Source: an uncultured virus (IMG/VR IMGVR_UViG_3300020421_000013)
Lineage: Duplodnaviria > Heunggongvirae > Uroviricota > Caudoviricetes > Crassvirales
IMG/VR virus record: IMGVR_UViG_3300020421_000013
Reading direction: 5' to 3' (one strand)
DNA length: 64,000 nucleotides
The notes beneath the pieces were generated by a model. The model saw nothing but the letters and a program-made list of their open reading frames with translations. It made no database searches and was not told the DNA's origin. Shown in pieces: positions 8,301 through 17,868 of the stretch. The translations under genes were made by a program, and so were the position numbers. Position 1 is the first letter of the stretch. Each line of letters opens with the position of its first letter.

Positions 8301-10482
8301 CATAATCTGCATTAGAGGTAAATTCATGCGTTACAAATTGATTGCCCCTATTATATTCATCATATTGAAAATTAATGACTGTTCCCAGAGGTATTTGTTC
8401 TTCAGCTTTTGTTCCTGACTGAAAAGTGGCAAAACCTCTGCTGTATCTAGGATATGAAAATGTTTGTGGTCTTGCGTTTACAACCCATCTATCTCCCAAG
8501 GTGTGACCAGTTGCAGACGCAAAATCTACACTTAAGCCTGTTCCTGGAATTGATATGGGAGTCCCAACTGTAATTGACTGTGTTGCTGTTGTTGATCCTG
8601 TATTAGCATCATTATCAAGGGTGTTTACAATAGTTGTAAAAGTATCTCCTGCTGGATTCACTGCATCTATCTCTATTGTTATTCTTGAAAAAACACTTGA
8701 AGTTGTGTATGATCCTGAAATACTTACATCTGTTTCAACAGCACTACTTCCTACTACAGGATAAACAAAAGGTCCTTCAAAGTAAGCTGCGCTTCCCGTT
8801 TGTGAGTTGGATAAAGGATCACTCCTACCATTGCCACTATCGTCATAATCAGAGAAAGATGTTAATTCATAATCTTCTCTTGATATTGAAAATCCAACAG
8901 GCTTTATTTTCATGTATAAACCTTGCTGCTGAGCAATTTGTGGTTGACCTGAAGCAGGATAATCATCTGATTCTAAAAAGTTTCTTTCCTTTAAGCTTAT
9001 TTCTAAAACCTGTGTTTCAACAAGCCCTGTTTTTTGCCCTCTAGTATCCGCTTTTACTACTAAAAAATCACCTTCTTTTACTTTATCCTTATCACTACCA
9101 TTTAATTGTATGTAAGTGAATCCTGTTTCATTGTCTTCATAAAATATAGCAGGACATATAGTTTCGTGTCTTCCCTTGCTTTGTTTTACGTAAAATCTGT
9201 AATATTTTGCAAACTGAGGAGCCAAGTGTGACACATCTACAGAAAATGTATTTTTAGTTTTTGATGCGCTTATAGGAACAAACTGAGATGCGTTTTGTGA
9301 TGTTAATACTGTTGTTGATCTCCCATAGTCATCTAAATACACCATTCCTATTTCATAATCAACATTTGTTTTAATGCTTTTTTCTGCATTAGGAAAAGTG
9401 ATTGTAGATGTATTTAAGTTTGTAGTGATGTTTGGTACAACTGAATCACCATTTGCGTCTATAAGATTAAAATTCTCTTTGTAGTTTGCATATACCAGCC
9501 TATTTCCAATAAGTTGTTGTGTTTGGGCAGTCAATGGCACATTGTCATAAACCCTAAGAAGTTCTGACTCTGCTAAAACTTTAAATACCTTATTGTTTTT
9601 AAAAAGGTATGTATTGTTTGCGTTGTTAGATAAATTTTGATTCTTCTTGTTTATTGTTTCTATAACATAAATGTTTGGAGAGTTGCTTTCTTTAAATAGC
9701 AAATCTATTTCCACTACATTTTTTGAACCTGTATTGTATTCTACTGTTACATCACTGTATCCATTAACCATTGCAGTATTAAGTCCTACAGAAAAATCAA
9801 TTGAAAACGTGTTTGGGAAAAACCCTATTTCTGAAAAAGGCGATATAGCACTGTATTCGCCATGTTTATATTTGTATCTATATGAAAAATATAAAAACCT
9901 TTCCTTGATGCTGTTCTCTAAAGCATTACTATTTCCTAGTGTTATACTGGGTGGACTCAACGGTGGCTGCTGAATAACATCTAAATCATATTTAGTATAT
10001 GTGTTTGCGTCTGTTATCTTAGCAGATTCTACCTCTACTCTTCTCGGCGGGTTAATTCCGTCAGTAAAAAATATAAATTTCTTGTTGTTGTCAATGTCTA
10101 TAAGAAGATTTGACTGAATAAAATTTGTTTTGTAAAAATTAAGAACATTTTCTTTCCAAGCTCTAGTGTCCTTCAAAACAAAAGTAGAAGTGTTATTATC
10201 CTTGTCGTATTCTGCCAAGTAACTTCCCGCATCAGATCTTACAAACCAATATATTTTATTGTTTGCATCATCAGCAATCGAACCAATACATACAGGATTT
10301 GCACCAAAGTCAAGCTGACTTAGGCCTTCATTTGAAAGGCTGTTTTCTAATGCGCCGACATCAGATCCTGAAGATCCAATAACTTTTACATTTAAAGCAT
10401 CTCGAAACTCCCCTTCTTGAACTAGTCTCTCGTCGAGATCCTTGTTCATTTTTCCAGTAGAAAAAAGGCTCTTTACCTTCAT
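5323..10482 (-). CDS. Tail nozzle/stabilisation protein N-terminal part fused to thrombospondin type 3-like Ca-binding repeats
   Basis: 1719 aa; GKMNKDLDERLV..EFRDALN N-terminus, FSYRYKY..EYSAISPFS, GNRLVYANY, NGLNEFN, GEYGVS; C-terminal DxDxDG repeats. Confidence 0.75.
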   Translation of the reverse strand: MKVKSLFSTGKMNKDLDERLVQEGEFRDALNVKVIGSSGSDVGALENSLSNEGLSQLDFGANPVCIGSIADDANNKIYWFVRSDAGSYLAEYDKDNNTSTFVLKDTRAWKENVLNFYKTNFIQSNLLIDIDNNKKFIFFTDGINPPRRVEVESAKITDANTYTKYDLDVIQQPPLSPPSITLGNSNALENSIKERFLYFSYRYKYKHGEYSAISPFSEIGFFPNTFSIDFSVGLNTAMVNGYSDVTVEYNTGSKNVVEIDLLFKESNSPNIYVIETINKKNQNLSNNANNTYLFKNNKVFKVLAESELLRVYDNVPLTAQTQQLIGNRLVYANYKENFNLIDANGDSVVPNITTNLNTSTITFPNAEKSIKTNVDYEIGMVYLDDYGRSTTVLTSQNASQFVPISASKTKNTFSVDVSHLAPQFAKYYRFYVKQSKGRHETICPAIFYEDNETGFTYIQLNGSDKDKVKEGDFLVVKADTRGQKTGLVETQVLEISLKERNFLESDDYPASGQPQIAQQQGLYMKIKPVGFSISREDYELTSFSDYDDSGNGRSDPLSNSQTGSAAYFEGPFVYPVVGSSAVETDVSISGSYTTSSVFSRITIEIDAVNPAGDTFTTIVNTLDNDANTGSTTATQSITVGTPISIPGTGLSVDFASATGHTLGDRWVVNARPQTFSYPRYSRGFATFQSGTKAEEQIPLGTVINFQYDEYNRGNQFVTHEFTSNADYENLEEWYHESGAKATLTADIDEDRIFFLRGTYGLNSSNITASSNDDLLMIVRSEHEQQNDLAKRVKIDSSISFLKRQSSDIVTLETRGDDKNDEIFYEVPGTYSITGGYHQSGDVASGLVPQDTSVLSIGSTNLSVVNTIGYVNTTNITDSDNWNNFPSLSSNPFTATGYRIQMAFDTDSYTAFTNYFTVGSGPNNANFGNGNGKELKISQASGTLTIAVQYFQRNDISGGTRVTLFNNSPSALPMDSTNYVSGTGFFSNSSGNFTVVFGDDVDVSQTHNTPASITLDFFNVFSWGNCIESYKIKDQFLLKFFELQNRPSVNLVDYKQNNRTTSLTYSNVYSQTTKYNGLNEFNLSKVNFKDMDDFFGDITKIVSRESDLVVFQENRVSKLLFNKSVLFNADGTGNVSQSKSVLGQDIAFGGEYGVSANPSSVILSGGVVYFVDERRRVVCALSGDRINQISDFGMIDFFNDNLSMDNPRSVIAGYDPRDRQVSISMKGTQEEWREDEVECEILYDSTDTDSDGTVDSLDTDDDGDGTPDATDAFPLDPTEQTDTDGDGIGDNVDTDDDGDGIPDLTDATQTDPEEEITTDTDGDGIPDIHDPDDDNDGITDSQETGPPTSTSSTNADTDGDGVNDQQDAFPNDPIETTDTDSDGTGDNADTDDDGDGVPDASDDFPTDPSRTTDSDDDNIDDTVDTDDDNDGTPDTNDAFPLDPTETLDTDGDGTGDNADTDDDNDGVPDVTDDFPTDPNRSLDTDGDGIDNLVDTDDDGDGVPDATDAFPLDPAESLDTDSDGTGDNADTDDDGDGTPDTSDAFPLDPIENTDTDGDGTGDNADTDDDNDGVVDTQDGFPLDPNESRDTDGDGTGDNADTDDDNDGTPDSSDSFPTDPENQTNTPTDTDSDTVIDYYDTDDDNDGVSDADEIAAGSDPLDATDTPTDTDGDGTPDFIDTDDDNDGVPDSQDAFPLDATRDAQATFSISINNNSKVDHTLP
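5385..6760 (-). repeat. About 13 tandem ~35-aa TSP3-like repeats (DTDGDGTGDNADTDDDNDGVPDxxDAFPLDP)
   Basis: Counted directly in the translation; ~105-nt periodicity in the DNA; boundaries approximate. Confidence 0.9.
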
Positions 10483-11330
10483 TATTTAATCCACTTATCC
10501 TTACCTCTGAGCCTTTGTACTAGATCATCTATATTGATATTCATTAACTTAATTTTGGCGTTTCTAAGCTTTGCAGAAGTTGATTTTTTATATCTTCTAA
10601 CAATATACTCCTGTACACCAAACTTTCTGTCTAAAATCTCTGATTGTAGATAACTGTACATGTAATCTTCAGCAAGTTTGTTAATTTTAATTTGATCGTC
10701 AGTAGTTCCAAAAAGACCATCAGAAACATACTCTAATATCACTATATCTCCTTCTGTGAGATGAGAACTGAATTTTACAAACCCAGCTTTTTTATCTACT
10801 AAATATGTGCCATTTTTGTTTGCAGATGCCGTATCCATACCAAATCTTCCACCAGTATGTTCGTCTTCCAGAGCGTCAACATCAACTTCTAAATGACTTG
10901 ACGACATTCTAGTATTTGATATACTATCTGTCTGTTGTCTATTACCATTGTCGTCAAATGTGTAATCTGAACTTGAATCCTGTAAAAAAGCATCAGGCAA
11001 AGCGTTTTCTGTATTCTTAATTAGAGGATGCAAACGACCATACTTGTCTAATATAGAGGCTTTTACCAATTGAACAAAGTCTTCTGGCATAACTATTTTT
11101 AATGAAGAACCTAATTCAAATTCTAGTTTTTGAGTTTCTTTCAAAGCATCATAACTTAATTCTTGTATACCTCTTTTTGCATGATGAAGAACTTGATAGC
11201 GAGGAATATCATTTATAATTTTATCATCGCCCACATTCATTAACATGAAATTATTTATGATGTCCTTCAATGACACATATTGGTATTCGCCATGTCTGGC
11301 ACTATCGGCATAGTATTGTTGTGAGCTCAT
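10482..11330 (-). CDS. Tail ring/adaptor (tail tubular A-like) structural protein
   Basis: 282 aa; YQYVSLKDIINNF, HAKRGIQELSYD, ILEYVSDGL, LRGKDKWIK; lies between capsid and nozzle genes. Confidence 0.65.
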   Translation of the reverse strand: MSSQQYYADSARHGEYQYVSLKDIINNFMLMNVGDDKIINDIPRYQVLHHAKRGIQELSYDALKETQKLEFELGSSLKIVMPEDFVQLVKASILDKYGRLHPLIKNTENALPDAFLQDSSSDYTFDDNGNRQQTDSISNTRMSSSHLEVDVDALEDEHTGGRFGMDTASANKNGTYLVDKKAGFVKFSSHLTEGDIVILEYVSDGLFGTTDDQIKINKLAEDYMYSYLQSEILDRKFGVQEYIVRRYKKSTSAKLRNAKIKLMNINIDDLVQRLRGKDKWIK

Positions 11331-11334
11331 CTAT

Positions 11335-12039
11335 CTAAGTAAGGTTTTCTTTTTCAAATTCTTTCGTGTCTTGATTTTCAGCTACAGCTATCACGTTTTC
11401 TTCTCTAATACTAACACCAGCATATCGTAATATTTTAACAATAAGTTGTGTCTCCTCTTCTGGGTGTAGCTCAAAATCTTGATGATCAGAAGCACTTGCA
11501 TTATAAATTGGATCTCCTCCAGATGTAGTGAGGTATGTCCATTTTGGATCAGCAGGCGTTTTGTAATAAACCATACTTAAAACATCTGTGTTTAATAAAG
11601 TAGGTGACACCTCTATTTCATTAGCAAAACGCGTAAAAACTTTATAGGTAGCAGATGGTGAGGATAAATTTGCTTGATTTAAAAAATAAAACTCTGTTTT
11701 ATCAACCTCCTCAACGATATCTGTGTTACACAAAACATTGTTGACCATATACATATCAGAAGGTAAAGTGTAATTATTAGTCGATCCAACCTGTGTAAGG
11801 TTAGACTTTTTAGTGAATATATCAAGCTTGTGTGATATATCCTTCACTTCATCAGTAGCCCCTCTAGAACCTCTTCGATTATTTTTATTTAATACTGCTT
11901 TTCTATAGTTATCAAAATATTCTTGGAATATTTCCAACTGCGCAGCCTTCGCATAAAGATTAAATTCAAGAGGCGATATGTAACCGCTATTATCCTTGTC
12001 GATAATTGAAAGTACGGTATTTCTAACGCTATTGATCAT
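11335..12039 (-). CDS. Tail ring/adaptor structural protein
   Basis: 234 aa; GYISPLEFNLYAKAAQLEIF, PADPKWTY, DFELHPEE. Confidence 0.65.
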   Translation of the reverse strand: MINSVRNTVLSIIDKDNSGYISPLEFNLYAKAAQLEIFQEYFDNYRKAVLNKNNRRGSRGATDEVKDISHKLDIFTKKSNLTQVGSTNNYTLPSDMYMVNNVLCNTDIVEEVDKTEFYFLNQANLSSPSATYKVFTRFANEIEVSPTLLNTDVLSMVYYKTPADPKWTYLTTSGGDPIYNASASDHQDFELHPEEETQLIVKILRYAGVSIREENVIAVAENQDTKEFEKENLT

Positions 12040-12053
12040 TACTTATTTTTAGA

Positions 12054-12061
12054 CAAATTTA
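12054..12061 (-). promoter_or_regulatory. Bacteroidota-type -7 promoter element (TAAATTTG)
   Basis: TAnnTTTG directly after a terminator and upstream of the ATG at 12039. Confidence 0.6.
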
Positions 12062-12063
12062 CG

Positions 12064-12090
12064 AAAAAAACAAACCCCTCATGTGAGGGG
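12064..12090 (-). terminator. Intrinsic terminator
   Basis: CCCCTC-ACAT-GAGGGG hairpin followed by TTTGTTTTTTT on the minus strand. Confidence 0.75.
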
Positions 12091-12113
12091 CTTGATTCGG
12101 AGCGGGGAAGAGT

Positions 12114-12884
12114 TTATAGCTTCTTAACTATAGCTTCCATTAAATCCATGCCCTCGTCAGTTTTAAAATATGCTGACAATTCACCTATTGGATTCTCCCC
12201 AAACTTGACTGTTAAAACAGTTTGTTGACTTTTGTCATTCCAAACAACTGTTCGGTTATCGTCTTTAATTGCTAAAATACCTGAATCCACCGACCTTATG
12301 GCTAAGTTTCTTAATTTGATATCTGGATCATTTGCATAATCAATAAACTCCTTTGGGTTTTCCCTAGCATATATAAGCATATCTCTTTTAAGTTCAGTAG
12401 ATGTCATTTTGCTAACATCTGACCTATACACAATTCGAGCAATTGCCTCTAACTCCTCAATCGGCATTTCTCTACAATTTAATTGTGCATCTAAAATATA
12501 TTCTTCTATTTCTAATTCTGCTTTCGCATCTCTATTTGGATCCCACTCTTCATAAACCATATCTTTATCAGGATGAAGATTACTTAAAAATTTCTGCAAA
12601 TTTACATTTGCTGCTGGGACAAGAAGCTCACCGTTTTCAAACTCTATCGCTTCTGAAATAACATAACCATCTTGTTCATCCATAAAAGGCGTTGTTGAAT
12701 TCGAAGCATATCGTAAAGGACGATAATTATCTCCATCAAAAAACTGTAGTGGTTTATTAGGATGATGTGATGATCTAAGTAAGTATGATATTGGGTTTTT
12801 GTTACCTTTTAGTATGTAACGTCTATCTTTTACTACCCAATTGTCTTTTTTTGCACTAGAACGTGCTGTTTTTGTTGTTGCCAT
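12114..12884 (-). CDS. Conserved capsid-adjacent protein of crAss-related phages
   Basis: 256 aa immediately downstream of the major capsid gene; LRYASN, LQKFL, ELKRDMLIYARENP motifs. Confidence 0.55.
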   Translation of the reverse strand: MATTKTARSSAKKDNWVVKDRRYILKGNKNPISYLLRSSHHPNKPLQFFDGDNYRPLRYASNSTTPFMDEQDGYVISEAIEFENGELLVPAANVNLQKFLSNLHPDKDMVYEEWDPNRDAKAELEIEEYILDAQLNCREMPIEELEAIARIVYRSDVSKMTSTELKRDMLIYARENPKEFIDYANDPDIKLRNLAIRSVDSGILAIKDDNRTVVWNDKSQQTVLTVKFGENPIGELSAYFKTDEGMDLMEAIVKKL

Positions 12885-12911
12885 TATATTAAAATTAAAT
12901 TAAATTAAAAT

Positions 12912-12958
12912 AAGGGGGGCGTTAGCAGGGCGTTTACATGCATAGCGATACCCCCCTT
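12912..12958 (-). terminator. Long-loop hairpin after the major capsid gene (terminator or processing site)
   Basis: AAGGGGGG...CCCCCCTT stem followed by ATTTTAATTT on the minus strand. Confidence 0.55.
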
Positions 12959-12966
12959 GATAAAGA

Positions 12967-14319
12967 TTACTTCATGATGACGAAGTTGTTAGCTCCCATA
13001 ACACAAAGCGCTCTTTCACTTAAGAAGTGAACTTGCATTGCGTCTAGATCGCTTGAACTTGCACCACCAGCAGATCCAACTACCCAAGTTTTATACTTTC
13101 GGTCTTCAGCTTCGCTCTTTCTAAATCTTACGTGTAAGAAAGGACGCTTAGCATTTTTCCCAAGTACTTGGTCATAAACAGTAGTTGTACCAGCAGGAAC
13201 AACGATTCCATCAATATCAGCCACAGCTCCACGAGTAGTAGCATCATTTAAATATTTCCAATCTGTTTTGTAGAAATCATACCCGATGTTGAATCCAGTA
13301 AATCCTAAGTTCAACGCCATGTCAGTATCATTATCAAACAATCCAAATGAAGCAGCTCCAGCTGTACCATAAGTACTTTGTCCAGCAAGCATGTTGTCAA
13401 TCTCAAAAGACTTATCTCTGCTAGCAAAGATTACGTTTTCTTGGATAGCTCCTTGCTTGTCAAGGACTTTTACGATAGCTTCTACGTCTGTTTTAGCAGC
13501 TATAGAACCTGTAGCAACATTTCCTCTGCTCTCTACTTCATGGAATAAACCTTTTGTTCCTTTGTATCCAGCAGTTGCAGCAGCAGATCCACTTGCAGCA
13601 GGCTCACCTTCAACCATTGCAGTTTCTAGGTAGTCCTCAAATCTTAAACGTGTTTCATGCTCTGATTTTAGATACCAAAGATATCCTGTAGCTCCGTTTT
13701 CACTAGTAACTTCAATCCAACCCACTTGAGCCATGTCAGAACCAGCAACTTCATACTTGTCCTTAATGATGATTGGGTTGTTTTCGAAGATATCGATGTT
13801 AGCCTCAAGGCTACCTTCCATTCCTCCAGTTCCTTTCTTGAATTCTGAACCATATACAAAAACAGTTAATCCAGATGTTCCTGTAAGTCCAGCAGCAGTA
13901 AGGTTAGCAGCACCATAAGCAGATACAGTAAATGCGTTTCCGTTTGCATTCACAGCAGTAATTAAAGCTTTTGCTGTGTTTGTTCCATCAGAAATGATAA
14001 CTGTTTGTTGTAATCTGAAAGGGTGTGAGTTAGAAGTAATTACTTCTCCAGAACGTGAAGCACTTTTAACGATAGTGTGTAAACGACCTTGCTCAGACCA
14101 CTTAATTAAGTCAGAGTTAGAAGGAATTTCCGCACCTACCAATCTCATAAAAGATGCAATAGAACGGTTTCCATAACGCTCAAATTCTTGTTCGTAAACA
14201 TCAGGTAGATATTGATTTAAAAAATCAAAGTCTGTGATGTAATTAGTTGATAACGTTGCCTTAGTCGGGGCAGGCGTAATCGGTACTCCAGCAGGAGTAG
14301 GTGACATTGTTATAGACAT
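12967..14319 (-). CDS. Major capsid protein
   Basis: 450 aa; QYLPDVYEQEFERYGNR, WSEQGRLH, GYLWYLKSEHETRLRFEDYLE, FLSERALCVMGANNF; portal-scaffold-capsid synteny. Confidence 0.85.
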   Translation of the reverse strand: MSITMSPTPAGVPITPAPTKATLSTNYITDFDFLNQYLPDVYEQEFERYGNRSIASFMRLVGAEIPSNSDLIKWSEQGRLHTIVKSASRSGEVITSNSHPFRLQQTVIISDGTNTAKALITAVNANGNAFTVSAYGAANLTAAGLTGTSGLTVFVYGSEFKKGTGGMEGSLEANIDIFENNPIIIKDKYEVAGSDMAQVGWIEVTSENGATGYLWYLKSEHETRLRFEDYLETAMVEGEPAASGSAAATAGYKGTKGLFHEVESRGNVATGSIAAKTDVEAIVKVLDKQGAIQENVIFASRDKSFEIDNMLAGQSTYGTAGAASFGLFDNDTDMALNLGFTGFNIGYDFYKTDWKYLNDATTRGAVADIDGIVVPAGTTTVYDQVLGKNAKRPFLHVRFRKSEAEDRKYKTWVVGSAGGASSSDLDAMQVHFLSERALCVMGANNFVIMK

Positions 14320-14341
14320 AATAAATAATTTTTAAAAAGTT

Positions 14342-15400
14342 TTAGTTTCGTTTTCTAATTTTCAACGAAGAACCAGAACCACTGTCCACTGATCTAAACC
14401 TTGTTCTACCATCCTCTGTTTGCCCTGTATTTGACTTAACTGTCATGTCGATGTTTTTTGTTTCTTTCACAATTCCATCAACGGCAGTGGCTTTTCCAAG
14501 CTCATAAAAGTACTTGGCAAACTGATCAGGTTGAGCGGCTATTGTCATTGAACGATGATAACCCGCAGTATCTTTTATATATCCGTCTTTATCTAGAAAT
14601 TTTCCGACGAACTCATTAAGACTAGCTGTTTGCTTCTTTGCGCTTTCCTTGTCGTTTATCTTGTAAACTTGTTTGCTGTCACCTAAATCAAACTCGAAAC
14701 CTTCGATCTGATCGTACAGTTTGTTGGTCTGCTCAAGAAAATGTTGGCCTCTCTTTTGAGATAAAATCTCCTGCTTATCCTGTTTCTTCTTATAATCACT
14801 ATAAAAACTAAAAGCTTTTTCATAATCTTCTGGTACTTTTCCCGTTGACTCAACAGGGCTGTAGTAATCCTCCTTCAGCTTATTAAAATGCTCTTTCGCT
14901 TTATATATAGTCTCTTTTAAATCGAGCTTTTTCTTTCTGGCTACATTATCATCGTCGTCTTCTGAAGCTACGTAATTACTTTCTATGTAATACGAGACAT
15001 CATCGTCGTCGAAATGCGGCTTTTCTTGCTTCACGTATTGACGTAATAAATCTGCCTGATCCATTTCGTCATAATTAACATTCAGCCTTACATAATCGTC
15101 CATCCCACGCCCAGTTTCTTCATTGAATTTCATGAAGGCTTTGACATCTTCTGGAAGCTCGATATTTTTTTCTTCAGTATTTGAAAGAACTTCTTCAGGT
15201 TCATTCTGAACCTCTTCTTCAACAGCGGGCGCTTCAGCTTTCGCTTCCTCTGCCTGCTCTTCTTGTGGCTCCTGTTGAGTTCCCTCTACAGTTTCCTCTT
15301 TTTTTTCTTCGACCTGTGTCTCCTCTTTCTGAGGAGTTTCAGACGTAATCTTCACCTCTGGTGCGTCTTCCTCCAGAGAACGTACTTTAATATCCGCCAT
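14342..15400 (-). CDS. Putative scaffolding protein
   Basis: 352 aa, very acidic N-terminus, located between portal and major capsid genes. Confidence 0.65.
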   Translation of the reverse strand: MADIKVRSLEEDAPEVKITSETPQKEETQVEEKKEETVEGTQQEPQEEQAEEAKAEAPAVEEEVQNEPEEVLSNTEEKNIELPEDVKAFMKFNEETGRGMDDYVRLNVNYDEMDQADLLRQYVKQEKPHFDDDDVSYYIESNYVASEDDDDNVARKKKLDLKETIYKAKEHFNKLKEDYYSPVESTGKVPEDYEKAFSFYSDYKKKQDKQEILSQKRGQHFLEQTNKLYDQIEGFEFDLGDSKQVYKINDKESAKKQTASLNEFVGKFLDKDGYIKDTAGYHRSMTIAAQPDQFAKYFYELGKATAVDGIVKETKNIDMTVKSNTGQTEDGRTRFRSVDSGSGSSLKIRKRN

Positions 15401-15422
15401 TTGATTAAATTAAATTATAGCA

Positions 15423-15430
15423 CAAAAATA
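15423..15430 (-). promoter_or_regulatory. Bacteroidota-type -7 element (TATTTTTG) for scaffold/capsid transcript
   Basis: TAnnTTTG in the intergenic gap upstream of the ATG at 15400. Confidence 0.5.
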
Positions 15431-15449
15431 TAGCTTTTTTAAATACACT

Positions 15450-17864
15450 TTAGCTAAGTAATTGATCTACTATTCCTTGTGTATTATTTTCAAATTCTTG
15501 TGCTGGTTGATTGTTTTTTCTTTGTTGTATAAGTTTCGATTGATTCTCACTCTGCTTATCTACACGTTGATCTTTTCGATCCTCTCGTTGTTTTTCTCTG
15601 CCTGATAACTGTGAAAACTCCGATTGTTTTGTCATCATTTCATACTCAAGCTTTTGTTTTTGCAACATCATGTCTAGCTCTGCTTTCTTCTGCATCTTTT
15701 CTATTTCAAGCATGGCTTTTTGTTTCTCAAACTCTAATTCAGACTGCATTTTGAATTGCATTTCTTTAATTTGATTTGTTGATGCAGCGTTAGATGACTC
15801 GATATTAGATTCTGTTTGCATTTTTATATTTGCTTCCTTCTTCTTTAAATCATCTACCTCTTTCTTGTTTTTTCTAACTTTTAATAGAGCATTAGCTAGT
15901 TTTAAATTTCTAATGTTTCTGATGTCAATAGCATCATCTAAATCAATCATTTGATTTTGAAGAGCAAGTTGTATGCTTTGCTCAAGCATGTTTCTTTCTT
16001 CTTCGTCAGGATGTAACTCTATTTCAATACCAAAGTCATGCAAATGAGCGTCTTTGATGTCATCTATAATTTCTACTGATTTTGACCCAATCATATTCAT
16101 AAGAGATTCTCTCATATCACTATACTCCAGCATATCAGAAAAACGATACGATAATGAATCGATCAATCGTTTTGTAAGCCTTAATCCAGAATCCAACACG
16201 TGTCTGGTTGCTGTGTTTGAATTCAAAGCAGCAAGTTTTTGAACGCCTACTAAAGTTTTGGCATCAGGCATTGACCCATCTCGAGCCTCGTTGATACCAG
16301 TCACATCTCGTATCATTGCAATATAATGGTTATACATACCTACTAAAGAAGATATTTTTGCGTTTGATCCTGATCCATTTAATTCTTGTACAGGTATCTT
16401 CGCATTATTAAACTCTCCTTCTTCTGTAAAACTTCTACCAACTACACTTCCTGTTTGGAAATACATATTCAAAGCTTCATTAGGATTGTACATAGCTCCA
16501 TTTCCTAAATCAACACTTGCAATGCCATCTAAGTCTAGATAAACACCATCGGGAATCATTTTAGATATAACTTGCTGAAGTTTTAAATGTGTCAATTGTA
16601 TCTGATCAGCAAAAGGAATCATTCTTTTAACTAAAGAATCTATCTGACCTCTATACATCTTTGGTGCACTAACAATATATGGTGGTAAAACTTTCTGAAT
16701 TCCTGATTTTGGTCGAACCATATTCTTCATCAACTCCCACTTAAGTATTTGATTTGTACCCAAAACAAGAACTCCTTCATACCAAACATCAATTCGTTTT
16801 GATCTTTTTACAAATTTTGCTATTTCTGTTTTTGGAGGATTAAAATTTTCGTCTTTTTTAATAGCTCTCTTTCCTCCATTTTTGTTTTCTTTTACTTTAT
16901 ATACAATATTTTTATCTGTCTTGTAGCAAAAATATAACAATGTAGCTGTATTAGAATCAAAATTATCTGCTTCATATCCACCTCGAATACCTTGGTACGC
17001 ATCAAATTTTGAGCTTAGCTTTGAAATTTCTTTTATTTCTTCTTGAGTCAAAGAAGAATCTATTTTTTTTAGCTCAGTAATATTTACATTTTTAACTTCA
17101 CCAAAATAATAACAATCAGAAAAATTTGGATCTTCGGTGGGTGAATATACGATCTGTGTTGGATCAACGTATTCCACGTTAATTCCATCATGTGTGTTAA
17201 ATGAATGTTTGACAGATGACAATCCGATAACTGTAGCATCTTCATCAACCTGTCTTTTTATCAACTCATAGTCATTTACATCTAAAATAGCTTGTAAAGC
17301 TTTTTCCTCAGCAACCTCAATCTTTTGTTTATAAGACAACTCCATATGTAATTCCAGCTCTTCATCTGAATCTGGAAGCTTACTTGGATCTGTTGAGAAA
17401 AGATTCTGACCACTTGATTCTTCAAGAAGTTCTAAAACTGGTTTAGCCAGCATATCTTTTTCAATAGTGTCTCTATAATTATTTTTTCTGGCTCTGGCAA
17501 TATCATCTATAGCTTCAACCTTTATATCAAAAAGACGATTTGACATTCCATTAACCACAACATCGACAAACTTTGGGACAATCGGAACAGGAGTCCAATC
17601 TAAATTTAGATATGATGTATCACCGTTTATAGCTAATTCATTTTTATATTTTTGAACAGACTGCTCACCTCGAGCATACTGTCTAAGCTTATGAAAGTTA
17701 TCTCTATTATTATAAAAACGAGCAGCTCCATTATCTTTTCTAAACCACTCCGACTCTATGGCTTTACCCACAGAGAGTCCATACTCCTTTGAACTTTTCA
17801 CAGAATCAGTAGCTAGCTGATCGGGAAAGGAGATGTTGGCAACTTTAAAATCGTTTTTTAGCAT
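15450..17864 (-). CDS. Portal protein
   Basis: 804 aa; YARGEQSVQKYK, LNLDWTPVPIVPKFVDVVVNG, IRDVTGINEARDGS; C-terminal coiled coil; follows terminase. Confidence 0.85.
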   Translation of the reverse strand: MLKNDFKVANISFPDQLATDSVKSSKEYGLSVGKAIESEWFRKDNGAARFYNNRDNFHKLRQYARGEQSVQKYKNELAINGDTSYLNLDWTPVPIVPKFVDVVVNGMSNRLFDIKVEAIDDIARARKNNYRDTIEKDMLAKPVLELLEESSGQNLFSTDPSKLPDSDEELELHMELSYKQKIEVAEEKALQAILDVNDYELIKRQVDEDATVIGLSSVKHSFNTHDGINVEYVDPTQIVYSPTEDPNFSDCYYFGEVKNVNITELKKIDSSLTQEEIKEISKLSSKFDAYQGIRGGYEADNFDSNTATLLYFCYKTDKNIVYKVKENKNGGKRAIKKDENFNPPKTEIAKFVKRSKRIDVWYEGVLVLGTNQILKWELMKNMVRPKSGIQKVLPPYIVSAPKMYRGQIDSLVKRMIPFADQIQLTHLKLQQVISKMIPDGVYLDLDGIASVDLGNGAMYNPNEALNMYFQTGSVVGRSFTEEGEFNNAKIPVQELNGSGSNAKISSLVGMYNHYIAMIRDVTGINEARDGSMPDAKTLVGVQKLAALNSNTATRHVLDSGLRLTKRLIDSLSYRFSDMLEYSDMRESLMNMIGSKSVEIIDDIKDAHLHDFGIEIELHPDEEERNMLEQSIQLALQNQMIDLDDAIDIRNIRNLKLANALLKVRKNKKEVDDLKKKEANIKMQTESNIESSNAASTNQIKEMQFKMQSELEFEKQKAMLEIEKMQKKAELDMMLQKQKLEYEMMTKQSEFSQLSGREKQREDRKDQRVDKQSENQSKLIQQRKNNQPAQEFENNTQGIVDQLLS

Positions 17865-17868
17865 ATTG

